Shown here piece after piece: positions 22,451 to 35,783 of a stretch of DNA of 64,000 nucleotides. The stretch spans positions 114,886,001 to 114,950,000 of the forward strand of contig NC_091991.1 in assembly GCF_044704955.1 (NCBI RefSeq), given 5' to 3'. A model generated the notes under the pieces. It had not been told where the DNA came from and did no database searches. It saw only the letters and a program-made list of their open reading frames with translations. Each line of letters starts with the position of its first letter. Position 1 is the stretch's first letter. Both the position numbers and the translations under genes were made by a program. The DNA is from Pristiophorus japonicus. Lineage: Eukaryota.

Positions 22451-23184
22451 AAGTTTACTCGAGGATCAAGAAGAGTATGAGAAACAAGAATGCGAACGGC
22501 TGAATGCGATACTCCTGGAATAATCACCAGGGTTATCATAGAATGATAAAAGGGGGGAATGTGAATGTGCATGAAGAAGCTGTGAATGTGTCAGTTGAAG
22601 GGGATCATGGGAAGATAGCTTTTGTGAATGTGTCAGTTGAAGAGGATCATGGGAAGATAGCTAAAAGAAAATGTCAAGCTGCAATATTTGCAATGTCGAC
22701 ACAAAAAGGGGTTACTCAGAGTTGTGGTCAAACACGAGTTACGCGAAAAAGCAAAGTCAGGCATGAGTCAGACGAGAGGCTGCTATAACCAGCCGTAAAA
22801 TAGGGAAATGCTATGTAAAACAAAACTGTAAACACATCCCTGGAGCCCGCCCTATTTGGAGAGTTGTTAGCCTGCAATTGGGTATGCTATGGGGGAAGCC
22901 GACCAATGATTGTATAAACTGAGTGCCACTCAAATATGTTCTGCTGTAACAATGTATAAATATTGAGCTTTTGTACTGTTACGAGACTTGTCAAGAGAGA
23001 GGTGAACAGGCTCAAATCGAGGGTGTTCCCTTTATCTTAACAGGTCCCGGCCGGAGAATCTCTAATAAAGGTCTTATGTTGCGAACTAAAAGTGTTCGTG
23101 TGTCAGTGAATTCGCTGAAACAGATTGAAGGGAAAAGAATCCGTATTAACAGTTTCACTGGTGCCCTCTGGTAGCTCCCCCAAG

Positions 23185-23700
23185 TACAACAACAATTTGT
23201 ATTTATATAGCGCTTTTAATGTAGTGAAACGTCCCAAGGCGCTTCACAGGAGTATTATGTGATAAAGATTTGACACCAAGCCGCACAAATAGAAATTAGC
23301 GCAGGAGCTTGGTCACAGAGGTATGTTTTAGGGAGCGTCTTGAAGGAGGAAAGAGAGGTAGAGAGGCGGAGAGGTTTAGGGAGGGAGTTCCAGAGCTTGG
23401 GGCCTAGACAACAGAAGGCACAGCCACCAATGGTTGAACGATTACAATCAGGGATGCTCAGGAGGACAGAATTAGAGGAGCGCAGACATCTCGGGGGGGG
23501 TTGTGGGGCTGGGGGAGATTACAGAGATAGGGAGGGGCGAGACCATGGAGGGATTTAAAAATAAGGATGAGAATTTTGAAATCAAGGCATTGCTTAACTA
23601 GAAGCCAATGTTGGTCAGCAAGCACAGGGGTGATGGATGAGCGGGACTTGGGGCGAGTTACGACACCTCTAGTTTACCAAGGGTAGAATGTGGTAGAATG
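23185..23700 (-). mobile_element. L2-type LINE 3' fragment
   Basis: Reverse-strand tail ACAACAAC..TTTATATAGCGCTTT and ORF2 C-terminal remnants; second copy at 56894-57166. Confidence 0.7.
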
Positions 23701-23739
23701 TACCTCTCCTTTCTGCCTGAGCTTGGATTGTGTCTATAG

Positions 23740-23945
23740 ACTATTCCATTATGGAAAGCTTCATTATCAAGTCTGATCCTGCCCCCATCCAGCATCCATA
23801 CACATTCCAGTTAGCAATCAGGAGCTGGAATCCTGGCTGAATTTCACCTCGAACACAGATGCACCGGGGACAACTGTGAGATGCCAGCTCCTGCCCCAGC
23901 TGCATCCCACAGATAGGGATATTGAACCTGGACCCTCCCATTCTG
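23740..23945 (-). mobile_element. Degenerate SINE-like repeat (same family as 4150-4370)
   Basis: B-box-like GGTTCAATATCCC on the - strand and shared core motifs. Confidence 0.45.
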
Positions 23946-23953
23946 TTTGGTTT

Positions 23954-24065
23954 CATCATCATCATCATCATCATCATCATAGGCAGTCCCTCGAACGAGG
24001 ATGACTTGCTTCCACACCGAAAGGGATGGGTTCACAGATATTTCAATGAAGGACTCGATATTCTA
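23954..24065 (-). mobile_element. RTE-type LINE 3' end with (ATG)n tail
   Basis: (CAT)9 followed by AGGCAGTCCCTCGAACGAGGATGACTTGCTTCCAC, recalled as an RTE 3' end. Confidence 0.6.
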
Positions 24066-24671
24066 GTCGTGTAGGACAACACCAGGCCAGTAGGATAGCC
24101 CCCACCATGGCAGTGTAGTTATTGTTAATCTGTCAACGGGGAGCTTGTGTAAAGCTAGATACGAGGCACTGAAGTCACATTTACATCTCAGCAATTCCTT
24201 CATAGATTGTTCCAGCTTTTTCATAATTACTCAGATGAAGCACAATTTAATTAAAAACACTGAAATTGCTTTCATTTTCCCATTATGTTAACACAAGAAA
24301 ACATTGAGTGTAAATAATAGATGAAATGAATGGTGTCAGTAATATGATACCATCAATGTCTCATTGCTTCATTAGTTGATAATTATTCACATTGTGCCAT
24401 AGTCTTGGGTGTGCACAGCACAGCGTGAAGCCGAGAGGCTGGGAGGCGCTGAGGATTCTGCCGCTCCGAGTGGTGGCACACAGCCAGCCACTGATTACTC
24501 AATGGGCATCTGACCAGTCACTGCAAGATGGTGAGAAAAAACACAGGCCATGCAGGTCTTGAAATTAAGGAGGTTGAAAAAGAGCTCCCCATGGGGGAGT
24601 TGGTCCAGCACCTTATTATTCCAGCTTAGTGCTGCACGTTGCTCCAGCTCGTGTTCAGTCATTACTCTGTT

Positions 24672-25130
24672 GTGTCTGTTGTGGCTCAGTGGGTAACACT
24701 CTCTCTTTCGCCTCTGAGTCAGAAGGTTGTGGGTTCAAGTCCCACTCCAGAAATCTGAGCAGAAAAATCTAGGCTGACACTCCAGTGCAGTGCTGAGGGA
24801 TTGCTGCACTGTTGAAGGTACTGTCTTTCAGATGAGATGTTAAACCGAGGTCCCGTCTGCTCTCTCAGGTGGATGTAAAAGATCCCATGGCATTTTTTCA
24901 AACAGCAGGGGAGTTATCCCCAGTGTCTTGGCCGATAATTATCCCTCAAGCAACAAAACAAAAACAGTTTAATTGGTCATTATCACATTGCTGTTTGTGG
25001 GAGCTTGCTGAGCGTAAATTGGCTGCCGTAGATCCTACATCACAACAGTGACTACACTTCAAAAGAATTTCATTGGCAGTACTTTGGGATTCCTGGTGAA
25101 AGGCGCTATATAAATCCAAGCCTTTCCTCC
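24672..25130 (+). mobile_element. DeuSINE
   Basis: Closely similar to 7121-7585 along its length. Confidence 0.85.
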
Positions 25131-25189
25131 TGTGTCTGAACGTTCCTCTCATCCTTTCAGTGCTATTCTAGCCTTCACATAGAATCATA

Positions 25190-28100
25190 GGGTAGAAATT
25201 GATCAAAGGCCGCCACCGCCCATTTACCGCCCAAAAAAACGCTAAGATTCTGCAATTAACGCCGGCGGAAAATTGATAAAAAAATAGAAGAAAAAAAAGC
25301 CCAGCGAGAAAAATGGGTGTTGCACGTAAATTATGGGCGATAAACGCGATCCTGGTCAAATTAAGTCCGAGGCTGGAGTCGGGCCGAGGGAGGTGGGAAA
25401 ACACGAGAAATAATTATTCATAAAATAAAACATCGGGAAACATTCACAGGATACTTTTTCACTGAATCACTGCAAAAGAATTTTTTTTTAAAGTTCACTT
25501 ACCTTTTTTTGCAGGGATTCATACCTACCGTCCATCGAAAGGCTGCTCTGACTGGGTGTTTTTTTTCAAGAAGTACGGATCACCGCTCCCAACAAACTCG
25601 GGCGGGAGCAGTTTTCCCAGTGTTGCACGCTGGCAGTCCGCTCCCCAGCAATATTTCAAAACCGCCAGCATAGATTTACAACTCTCTGAGAGAAGAAATT
25701 TCTCCTCATCTCCGTTTTAAATGGGCAGCCCTTATTCTGAGACTATGTCCCCTAGTTTTAGTTTCCCCTATGAGTGGAAATATCCTCTCTGCATCCACCT
25801 TGTCAAGCCCCCTCATTATCTTATAAGTTTCAATAAGATCACCTCTCATTCTTCTGAACTCCAATGTGTATAGATCCAACCTACTCAGCCTATCCTCATA
25901 AGTCAACCCCCTCATCTCCGGAATCAACCTAGTTACCTTCTCTGAACAGCCTCCAATGCAAGTATATCCTTCCTTAAATACGGAGATCAAAACTGTACGT
26001 AGTACTCCAGGTGTGGCCTCATCAATATCCTATACAGTTGTAGCAGGACTTCTCTGCTTTTATACTCTATCCCCCTTGCAATAAAGGCCCCCTTGCTGTA
26101 CCTGCAAACTCACTTTTTGTGTTCCATGCACAGGGACCCCCAGGTCTCTCTATGCTGCAACACTTTGCAATTTTTCTCCATTTAAATTATAAGTTGCTTT
26201 TCTATTATTTCTGCCAAAGTGGATAACCTCACATTTTCCCACATTATACTCCATCTGCCAAATTTTTGCCCACTCACTTTGCCTGTCTATATCCCTTTGC
26301 AGATTTCTTGTGTCCTCCTCACAATTTGCTTTCCAACCCATCTTTGTATCATCAGCAAACTTGGCTACATTACACTCGGTCCCTTCATCCAAGTCGTTAA
26401 TATAGCTTGTAAATACTTGAGGACCCAACACTGATCCCTGCGGCATCCCACAAGTCGCTGTTTGCCAACTGGAAAATTACCCATTTATCCCGATTCTGTT
26501 TTCTGTTAGTTAGCCAATCCTCTATCCATGCCAATACATTACCCCAATGCCGTGAGCTTTTATATTCTGCAGTAACCTCTTATGTGGCACCTTATCAAAT
26601 GCCTTCTGGAAATCCAATACCACATCCACTGGTTCCCCCTTATCCGCTCTGCTCGTTACATCCTCAAAGGGCTCCAGCAAATTTGTCAAACATGATTTCC
26701 CTTTCATAAAACCATGCTGACTCTGCTTGATTGAATCATGCTTTTCCAAATGTCCAGCTACTGCTTCCTTAATAATGGACTCCAGCATTTTCCCAACGAC
26801 AGATGTTAGGCTAACTGGTCTATAGTTTCCTGCTTTTTGTTGCCTCCTTTTTTAAATAGGGGCATAACATTTATGAGTTTCCAATCTGCTGGGACCTCCC
26901 CAGAATCCAGGGAATTTTGGTAGATTACAACCAATGCATCCACTATCTCTGCTGCCACTTCTCTTAAGACCCTAGGATGTAAGCCATCAGGTCCAGGGGA
27001 CTTGTCCACCTTTAGTCCCATTATTTTACCTAGTACTGTTAAAGGAAACTATCCCGGATACACTCTATGAACTCTTCCTCAAGGCTACCCTGGTCAATTT
27101 GCTTTGTCCAATTAATATGGAAGTTAAAATCACCCATGATTATTGCCGTTCCTTTTTTACAAGCCTCCATTATTTCTTGATTTATATTCCATCCAACCGT
27201 GTAGCTACTGTTAGGGGGCCTACAGACTACGCCCACCAGCGACTTTTTCCCTTTATTATGATGATGATTATTATTCCTTATCTCCACCCAAACTGATTCA
27301 ACATCTTGATCTTCTGAGCCAATATCATTTCTCACTACTGCACTGATCCCATCCTTTATTAACAATGCTACCCCACCTCCTTTTCCTTTCTGTCTGTCCT
27401 TCCGAATTGTCAAATAGCCCTGAATATTTAGTTCCCAGTCCTGGTCACCTTGCAACCACGTCTCTGTAATGGCTATCAGATCATACCCATTTGTATCTAT
27501 TTGTGCCGTCAATTCATCTATTTTGTTACGAATGCTACGTGCATTTAGACAAAGAGCTTTTAAATGTTTTTTCTGCCCTTTTGTCTTGCTTGTTTTCTCT
27601 GTCCTTCAAACTCACTTTCTACATTTTTGCTTTCTAATTCCAGCTTTACTCCCCTCCCTACTGAATCTATTCTCAGGTTCCCATCCCCTGCCAAGCTAGT
27701 TTAAATCCTCCCCAACAGCACTAGCAAACCTCACCCCCCGCGAGGATAGTGGTCCCGGCTCTGTTGAGGTGCAACCCGTCCGGCTTGTACAGGTCCCACC
27801 TCCCCCAGAAGCGGTCCCAATGCCTCAGGAAACTAAAGCCCTCCCTCTGCACCACCTCTCCAGCCACACATTCATCTGCTTTATCCTCCTATTTCTGTAC
27901 TCACTAGCTCGTGGCACCAGGAGTAATCCAGAGATTACTATCTTTGAGGTCCTGCTTTTTAATCTCTCTCCCTAAACTCTGCCTGCAGGACCTCATCCTT
28001 CTTTCTCCCTATGTCATTGATCCCGATATGGACCACGACCTCTGGCTGTTTACCCTCTCCCCCCAGAATGCCCTGCAGCCGCTCAGTGACATCCTTGACC

Positions 28101-28458
28101 CTGGCATCAGGGAGGCAACATACCATCCTGGAGTCACGTCTGCGGCTGCAGAAACGCCTGTTTGTTCCCCTGACTATTGAATCCCCTACCACTATAGCTC
28201 TTCCATTCTTCTTCATCCACACCTCCCCCTCGCCCCCACCCCACCTCATGCAACTGAGCCAACCGTGCTACCGTGAATTTGGCTCTGGCTGCACTCCCCA
28301 GAAGCACCATCGCCCCCACCGGTACTCAGAACAGAGTACCGGTTGGAGAGCAAGATGGACTCAGGGGGACTCCTCATTACCTACCTAGTCCTCCTCTCTG
28401 TCCGGTGGTCATTCACTCCCTCTCTACCTGCGGCGGTAGGCTGAGGAAATTCAGGCCC
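25190..28458. mobile_element. Harbinger-type MITE, family C (25190-25669 plus 28431-28458), split by a CR1
   Basis: TIR-like GGGTAGAAATT / AAATTCAGGCCC with an ATA duplication; removing it restores the CR1 tail TAGAATCATAGAAATTTACAGC. Confidence 0.75.
25670..28430 (-). mobile_element. CR1 LINE with internal deletions and no 3' tail
   Basis: ORF1 esterase 27959-28249, APE 27039-27512, RT fragments ([25 protein letters not shown]). Confidence 0.92.
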
Positions 28459-28461
28459 ATA

Positions 28462-29130
28462 GAAATTTACAGCATGGAAGGTGGTCATTTTGGCCCATCA
28501 TGTCCACGCCGGCCAACAAAGAGCTATCCAGCCTAATCGCACTTTCCAGCTCGTGGTCCGTAGCCTTGTAGGTTATGACACTCCAAGTGCACATCCAAGT
28601 ACTTTTTAAATGTGGTGAGGGTTTCTGCCTCTAACATCCTTTCAGGCAGTGAGTTCCAGACCCCCCCTCCCCCACCCCCCTCTCCCCGCCCCTCTGGGTA
28701 AAGAAATGACCCATCAAATTCCCTCTAAATCTCCTACCAATTACTAAATCTATGCTCCCTGATTGTTCACCTCTCTGCTAAGCGAAATAGGTCCATCCTA
28801 TCCACTCTATCCAGACCCCTCCTAATTTTATGCATCTCAATAAGGTCTCCCCTCAGCCTCCTCTTTTCCAAAGAAAACAAACCTACCCTATCCAATCTTT
28901 ATTCGTAGCTAAACCCTCCAGTCCAAGCAACATCCTTATAAATCTCTTCTGTACCCTATCTAGTGCAATCACATCTTTCCTGTAATGTGGTGACCAGAAC
29001 TGTACGCAATACTCTAGCTGTGGCCTAGCTAGTGTTTTATATAGTTCAAGCATAACCTCCCTGCTCTTGTATTCTATGCCTCTGCTAATAAAGGCAAGTA
29101 TTCCGTATGCCTTCTTAACCACCTTATCTG
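28462..29130 (-). mobile_element. 5'-truncated CR1 (tail end displaced to 25178-25189)
   Basis: RT C-terminal ORF 28883-29122 (LYKTLARPQLEYC) and a CR1 3'UTR. Confidence 0.85.
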
Positions 29131-29714
29131 TCTGTGTATTATTCCTGTTCTGTATTTGGATGTTATTTCAGCCCTATATTTGAACGTTAATAGCTCTATA
29201 TGCAGTTGTTACTCCCGCTCTCTGTCTGAAGGCTACTCCAACCCTTTTTTTTTACATTACTATAACCCCTGATGTTGAGCTCTATTCTATGGACACTGTG
29301 ATGTTGAAATTTGCAGAAGACACCAAAATAGGTGTAGTTAATTCTTTAGGAGACCCAAAGGAAGCTGCAAAGGGATATTGGTAAGATGGGAGAATGAGCT
29401 AAAAAGTGTCAGATTGAATTCAGTATCAGTAAGTATGAGATGATGCATTTGGTTAAAACAAGCCAGCAGTAATTATACTCTGAATGGAGGTAGGCTCGGT
29501 GATGTGGAAAAGCAAAGAGATTTATCGGGACAGGTTCACAGAACATTAAAGGCAGCACCTCAAGTTGATAAGGTCATAAATAAAGGTATTAGAATTCTAG
29601 GTTTTAGCACAAAAGGTGTATAATATAAAAGCCAAGAGGTAATGATGAGCTTATATAAAACTTTAATCAGACCTCAGTTAGAGGACTGTGTGCAGTATTG
29701 GGATCCTGCTATAG

Positions 29715-30213
29715 GACTTAGTGCCATGGTCGCCATGTTTTTTTTTGTCGGCCGACTGCCTTATCGAGCCGACAATTATGCTCCCTGGGTTCGGCCGGGC
29801 TGCCAACAGGCAGCCTGGCACCCTCTCTTGGGTGCCAGGCCACTGCCCTGGCCGAAACCCCCACTGGTGGCCCAGTGGACTGAACTTAAAGAATTGCACC
29901 GATCTCCCCTTTAAGTAAAGGGGAGAGCCGTGGTGACGTGGAACCGTGATGACATCATCAGCACTACGCTGATGACTGACAGCGGCAGACACTCCACTCG
30001 CCCCCCAACTTCTGCATCTTTAGTGTGCGAACTTCCGCTCATTGCCGCACACCCGTTCCCATTATGACCGACTTCCAGTCCGCTGAAAAACAAAGCCAAA
30101 GCGGAATTTCGTTCAGAGAGGCCACCGCATCAACTGCACCGGTAAAAACAGTCGCAACACTGTAGGTGCGCCCTGTTTCCAGCAGGCAACTTTGGGTGGG
30201 AAATTTCGGCCCC
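29715..30213. mobile_element. Partial Harbinger-type MITE (one TIR)
   Basis: CpG-rich segment ending in AAATTTCGGCCCC; left end not found. Confidence 0.6.
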
Positions 30214-30219
30214 AGAGTC

Positions 30220-33200
30220 TCTGCGAGATTGTCCCATACGTGCAAAGCCGCCTTTAGTCAGCTGCATCTGAGTTGGTGGGGATCTGGACATTGGACCGTT
30301 ATGTTCGTTGAAGTACTTGGACCTACCAACTCACTCTGATCAGCGTCCAAGTCAGATTCATAATCATCTACGTGCGGTACCGAAGGTGCATCACTTGCTA
30401 GAAACATTTGATTCACATGAACCTTCCTGATGTATGCACCAATTTTGACCAGATACTGCTTGGTGTCACATACCCAAATAGTTGTACCAATGTCCCATTT
30501 GCGTGAACTTGCCCTTTTCGACGGGCTGAGAACTCTGACCTGATCACCCTTCTGAAAGCACGCGCTTTAATACTGGAATGATAATGATGTTTCTGCACCA
30601 ATTGTGCCTTCTCTACCTTATCAGACAAGTTCGGTTGCAATAAACTGAGATGCGTCCTCAGTCTATGCTACATCAATAATTCAGCAGGTGTGTACCCTGT
30701 TGTAGAATGAGGCGTAGTTCTTTATTTGAAAAGAAAATTTGCTAACCTATGCTTCATGCTCACCAATGATCCAGTCTGTCAAACTTGTTTCCGCAAAGCC
30801 TTCTTGACAATCCTGACCAACCTTTCAGCTGCACCGTTCGAAGCAGGCTGATATGGTGCTCCCAACGTGTGTTTGATACCGTTGTATATGGCAAAATTCA
30901 CAAATTGCGTGGACCAAAATTGTGGCCCATTTCTGACACCATTTCTTCGTGCAGGCCATGGCATGGAAAAATATCTCATAATTCATCCAATGTACATTCC
31001 GTAGTCATAGATGACCCAATATGTTGTACTTCCAACCATTTCAAATGGCCATCGATCAGAACCAGAAAATGATCACTGCCCCTCTCGCAAAAATCAATAT
31101 GCATTCTTTGGAATGGATTCGTTGGCCAAGTCCATGTTTGCAGCGGTGTTTTACCTGGCATGGCCCTGCAGATAGTATAATTTCTTACTAATACTTCTAA
31201 GTCTTTATCCAACCCAGGCCAATAAACAAAACTTCGGGCCACCGCTTTCATGACTACGATGCCAGTATGCTCACCGTGAAGTTCCGTCAAAACTTTGGTC
31301 CATAATGCACTAGGAATGACTACTCTCAGGCCCCATTTTAGACATCCCTGCTCACATGATAATTCATGCCGACGATGATAAAAGGGCTTTACCACCTCGC
31401 CTAAATGCTTCTTATCTTCAACCACCCTTGCAGGGTGTGCTCAAAGATGTGCTGTAACGTGGCATCTTTCAGTGTGCGCTCCACAATAACAGAGGCGGTA
31501 ACTGGAAAGTCCTCCTTGACGACATCTAGAGTAAAGATTGACTGTTCGTAGCCAATTTCAGAAACTTCGTGAGGAACCTTGAAAGAGCACCCGCCATTGC
31601 ATTCTGCTTCGACGTGCGATACTCGATTTTGTAATCATACTGAGACAATAAAATAGCCCACCTTTGCATCCTGGAAGCCACCATAGATGCAATTGCAACC
31701 TTTGGGCCTAAGATAGCTAGTAACGGTTTGTGATTGGTTACTAGCTTGAATTGGCATCCCCCAAAAAACTGGTGAAACCTTTTAATATCAAATATAATTG
31801 CCAAAGCCTCTTTCTCAATCTGGGCATAATTTTGCTCGTTTTTGTTGAGCGTACACGATGCAAAGGCAACCGTTTTTTCCTGTCCAACATTCATAACATG
31901 GCTGATCACTGCTCCTACACCATACCCAGAGGCATCACATGCTAGTCTTAGTTCACGAGTCAGATTATAATGGATGTGATCACCATTACTGCTCAAGCGT
32001 CGCTTGCATGTGTTGTATGCATTCTGTTGCTCTTTGTCCCATATCCAATGCACACCTTTCTTTAATAAATAATGGAGTGATGCAAGCACCATTGCTAGTC
32101 CAGGAAGGAAATGAGCATAATATTGGACCGTGCCGAAAAAGGATTGTAATTCAGTAACGTTTTTCGGCTCCAGAGCCATCATGATGGCTTGCACTTTCTC
32201 CTTAACTGCTTGGAGATCATTTTCATCTACCCGCAATCCTAGATAAACCATCTCACGCTGTATGAATACACATTTACTCCTCTTCAGCTTCAGATTATGG
32301 TCATTGAACTATCTGAATACTTCTAACATTTCCACATTTTGCTTCTCTGTTCCGGTGGCTATCAATACATCATCTTGATTTCACAGTGATTTATTCCCTG
32401 TAAGATCTGATCAATGGTAGCCTCAAATATCTTTGGTGAGGACTTGAAACCATAGGGCAACTTAGTGTATGAATATAAACCTTTATGTGTGTTGACTGTC
32501 AGATACTGCTGACTATCCTTGTCAACGTGGAGTTCAGTATAGGCACGCGAGAGATCCAGTTTTGTGAAGACTTTGGCTCCCACCAATTCTGCATAGAGGT
32601 CCTGTGATGTGGGTAAAGGGTATTGTTCATCATCAACTGCTCAATTCAGGGTAATTTTATAATCCCCACAGAGGCATACCATTTTGTCTGCCTTCAGAAC
32701 TACAACTAACCGGGTGGCTCAGTCACTCCTATCAGTCTTCACTAAAGCTCGGTTTTTCTCCAACTTATCAAGCACTTGCACAACCTGTGATTTTAATGCA
32801 TATGATACTGGCCTTGGTCTACAAAAAATAGGTTTGATATCCGACCTAATCCGAATGTGTGCATTGTATCCCCTGATGTCCTTGTATGAGTCCTCAAACA
32901 TGTTAGCATATTTCTCTAGCAGAGTATCTAGCCAAGACTTAACCATTTATGTATTACAGATGCTGTACCAATCCAAACGAAGCACTCTTACCCAATCTTT
33001 ACCCATAAGTGACATCTGACTGACGTATTTTGCTATAATAGGTAATCTTGCTTGTTGTCCCTGGTATTGTACTACACACTCCATTTCTCTAAGCATCTGC
33101 AGTTCTTCCCCTGAATATGTTTTCAGCTTCGCTGAGCTTGCCTTTAGTGGTATGCCTCTGAAATTCTTGTAATGGACATCCTGACTCATTATTGAGCAAT
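30220..33200 (-). mobile_element. Gypsy pol fragment (PR-RT-RH-IN), divergent family, no LTRs seen
   Basis: ORF fragments 32947-33189, 32719-32946, 32362-32586, 31526-32251, 30976-31425 and 30779-30979 carry RT, RNase H (ACDAS, EKEALA) and integrase (PASNGAAER) motifs. Confidence 0.9.
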
Positions 33201-33896
33201 CAGCTAATCCATCTAATATTAATCAGTACTAATGTTCTGAAATCCTGATATAAGGAATGTATTGCCTTGCCCTTTACTGCATATACACCAAATCCTACAC
33301 TGTTCCAGAAACACAAAACATAGAAAGCTACAGCGCAGAAGGAGGCCATTTCATGATAAATATAAGAGATTTAGAACGGAGTGCAGGGGAATCAGTTTTA
33401 CACAGAGTTGTGAGGCTGTCAAATTCACTTTCATGGTTAGGAATTGAAGCAGAAATTATGTCAACATTCAAGGTTAGACTGGAGAGATGGATGAATTGAT
33501 ACTGGAACAGGCCGGATAAATGTGATTAGGACTATTTGCTTGTGTGGAGCGTAAATGCCGGCATGGACTTGTTGAGGCCTCCATGTATTTTTATGATGCT
33601 CCCCAAATATCCACATAGGTCGCGATTTCGCCTACCTGGGTGGAGTCAAGGCAGGAGAGGGAGGTGGTGGGGTCCGATCCCGTTCTTGCTTTAATGCCGG
33701 AGAAAAAGAAGATCTTCCCCTAATGGGCCTTGTTAAGCCTGCCCAGCACGTTTGGAACCCAATTAAAATGTGTGGGTCTAGTGACATCACCTGATGATGC
33801 AATTCTTGCTGGTATATTTAAAGGGGCCATGGCCCCATCTGCTGTCACTTGCAATTTCACACAATTCAGCGATGGCAGTGTGTGCAGGTGTGAAGT

Positions 33897-35730
33897 ATGA
33901 GCTCCCAGCGCCAAAGAGCTGCGCCTCACTTCTCTGATAATTCCCTCCATCATCTTGTGGAGGGAGTGAGAGCACGTAGGGAGGTTGTCTCCCCAATGGA
34001 CGGTAGGAAGAGGTCTCCCTTGGAGCCGAAGGCAGCAGGGCTGCAGATATCACAGGAGGTGATGAGGATGTCGGTGCTGGTTTGCACCTCGGTGCAGAAC
34101 AGGAAGAGGTTCAATGATCTTCTAAGATCAGGAAAAGTGAGTATAAAGCCTCACTTATCTTGATGCTGTTGTGCCTGTCATCACATCCCCCCACTTTGCA
34201 TTGCCAACCCTACTCCTGCATAATATTACTCACCCTAACATCCCTTGGACTTTCAATCACCCCTCTCTCTCTATCTACATTATCAGGACCCCATCTTACT
34301 ATGCACCCCTCACACTCAGCCTCATCCTAATGCAATGACAGCAACTAACAACACAAAATGGGGCAACTTGGTATTGGCATCCCAGTCTCCCTGTAAAGCG
34401 CTATCCCATTCCATTCCTTACACTCATTCCATCACTCTCACTCAACCTTCTCTTCTTTCCCTCCTTGCAGGAAAGGAAAGGTCACAATAAGAGGGAGAGA
34501 ATAGGAGGAGGCACTCAAGCCATGGCATATTTGACCACTGCAGAGTAGGCAGCACTGGAAATTGCTGGAGTGGTGGACCTGCCGGAAGTGGGGGATGGGG
34601 ACAGGGGCTCATTAGAAGAAGCTGGGGACAGAATTATTTTCCATACACTTGCATGGCTTTCAACAGTCACTCATATGGGGTCTGATGTGGATAATAGTAT
34701 GTGTCTGCAGTCGACATCTCATATATGTAACTGATGTCTTTACTCTCCCACAGGTCCATCAAGAGCCCCCCCCCCTCCACCCGCCCCTCCCCACTGTCCA
34801 GGAGAGACAGCAAGAAGACTCCTCAGAGGAGCCTCTTGCCTCTGAGGGCACAGCGTCACCCTAGACAACGCAACCCAGCACCAGCGCCATGACGTACACA
34901 TCGGTGGGTCTGTCACGAGATAGAGCAGTGCTGTCACCTGGTGTCTCACAGATCACAAGTGAGCAGGAGCAGATGGTGGAGACAGTGACAGCAGTGGAGA
35001 TTCCTCACCAAAGGTGCAGGAGTCTCCTAGTTCTGCTCAGCTGCAGGCGCACGCTGAGCCTCGGGGGCCATTCAGGAAGAGGGCGATCCTGGAACTGCAG
35101 GAACAAGTGCAGGAGGCTCCGACAGGTTTCAGAGGAGCCCTTCTCCAACATGAACATGAAAGTGGCACAGTCACTGGCAACTATAGCTTTCTCCATGGAT
35201 AGGATGGCCACCTGCATGGAGGAAACACTGCACCAGTCTCATGAGAACATGGTGTCACTTCAAAATAGATGGGCATCTATGGAGGATAGATTTACATCTA
35301 TGGAGGAGAGAAAACAGAGGCTCATAGATGTCCTTTGTAGGAGGGATGTCAGTATTGACGTGGGCCCTCATGGCCCCACTGCAGTGCAGCAAGGTGCTCT
35401 CCAGCTACTTGCTAGCAGGAAGGTGCAGGTGGCCTATGAGAGGGATGATGGTGGGAGGAGCTATAGAAGTGGGGGCTCAGACTACCACCCCCTTGCCTCA
35501 GTCAGAGCCCCAGATGCCCCATCAGACAGTGATGATCGAGTCTGCCCCTGCACAGTTGCAGGAGGTGCCAACTTTGGCGGGGCCCTCATAGGCTCCAAAA
35601 CCTAGAGGACGACCGCCAAAGGCATCTAAGCAGGTGCAGCAGGGAGGTGAGGAGGATACTTCTACCTCTGCTGAAGCCACAGAGGTAGCACCATGCAGAA
35701 GTACTTTGAAAAGAACAATCCCCCACAAAT
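33897..35730 (+). pseudogene. Harbinger Myb/SANT-like DNA-binding gene, spliced (donor 34137, acceptors 34470 and 34753), disabled
   Basis: Trihelix-like motif, GTGAGT donor, pyrimidine-tract/CAG acceptors, coiled-coil and RGRPPK AT-hook-like C-terminal region. Confidence 0.65.
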
Positions 35731-35783
35731 AGTCACAAGGGTAGTCACTCGGGTGTCTTTTTCATTATCATTGTCATGTTTAC

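Larger units (their letters stand above)
15866..23151 (+). mobile_element. Endogenous retrovirus provirus (class I, gamma/epsilon-related by inference), internally deleted
   Basis: 5' LTR 15866-16310 and 3' LTR 22560-23151 (TG..CA); 4-bp TSD GTTT; PBS 16313-16330; PPT AAAAGGGGGGAA; gag-pol-env order. Confidence 0.96.
29300..33597 (+). mobile_element. Old CR1 in two pieces (29300-29712 and about 33350-33597) separated by later insertions
   Basis: KFAEDTK and LYKTLIRPQLEDCVQYW in the first piece; FTQRVV-type C-terminus and 3'UTR in the second. Confidence 0.6.

Noticed and set aside
23741-24035. Poly-Met and poly-Asp ORFs
   Set aside because: They are translations of the (CAT)n LINE tail.
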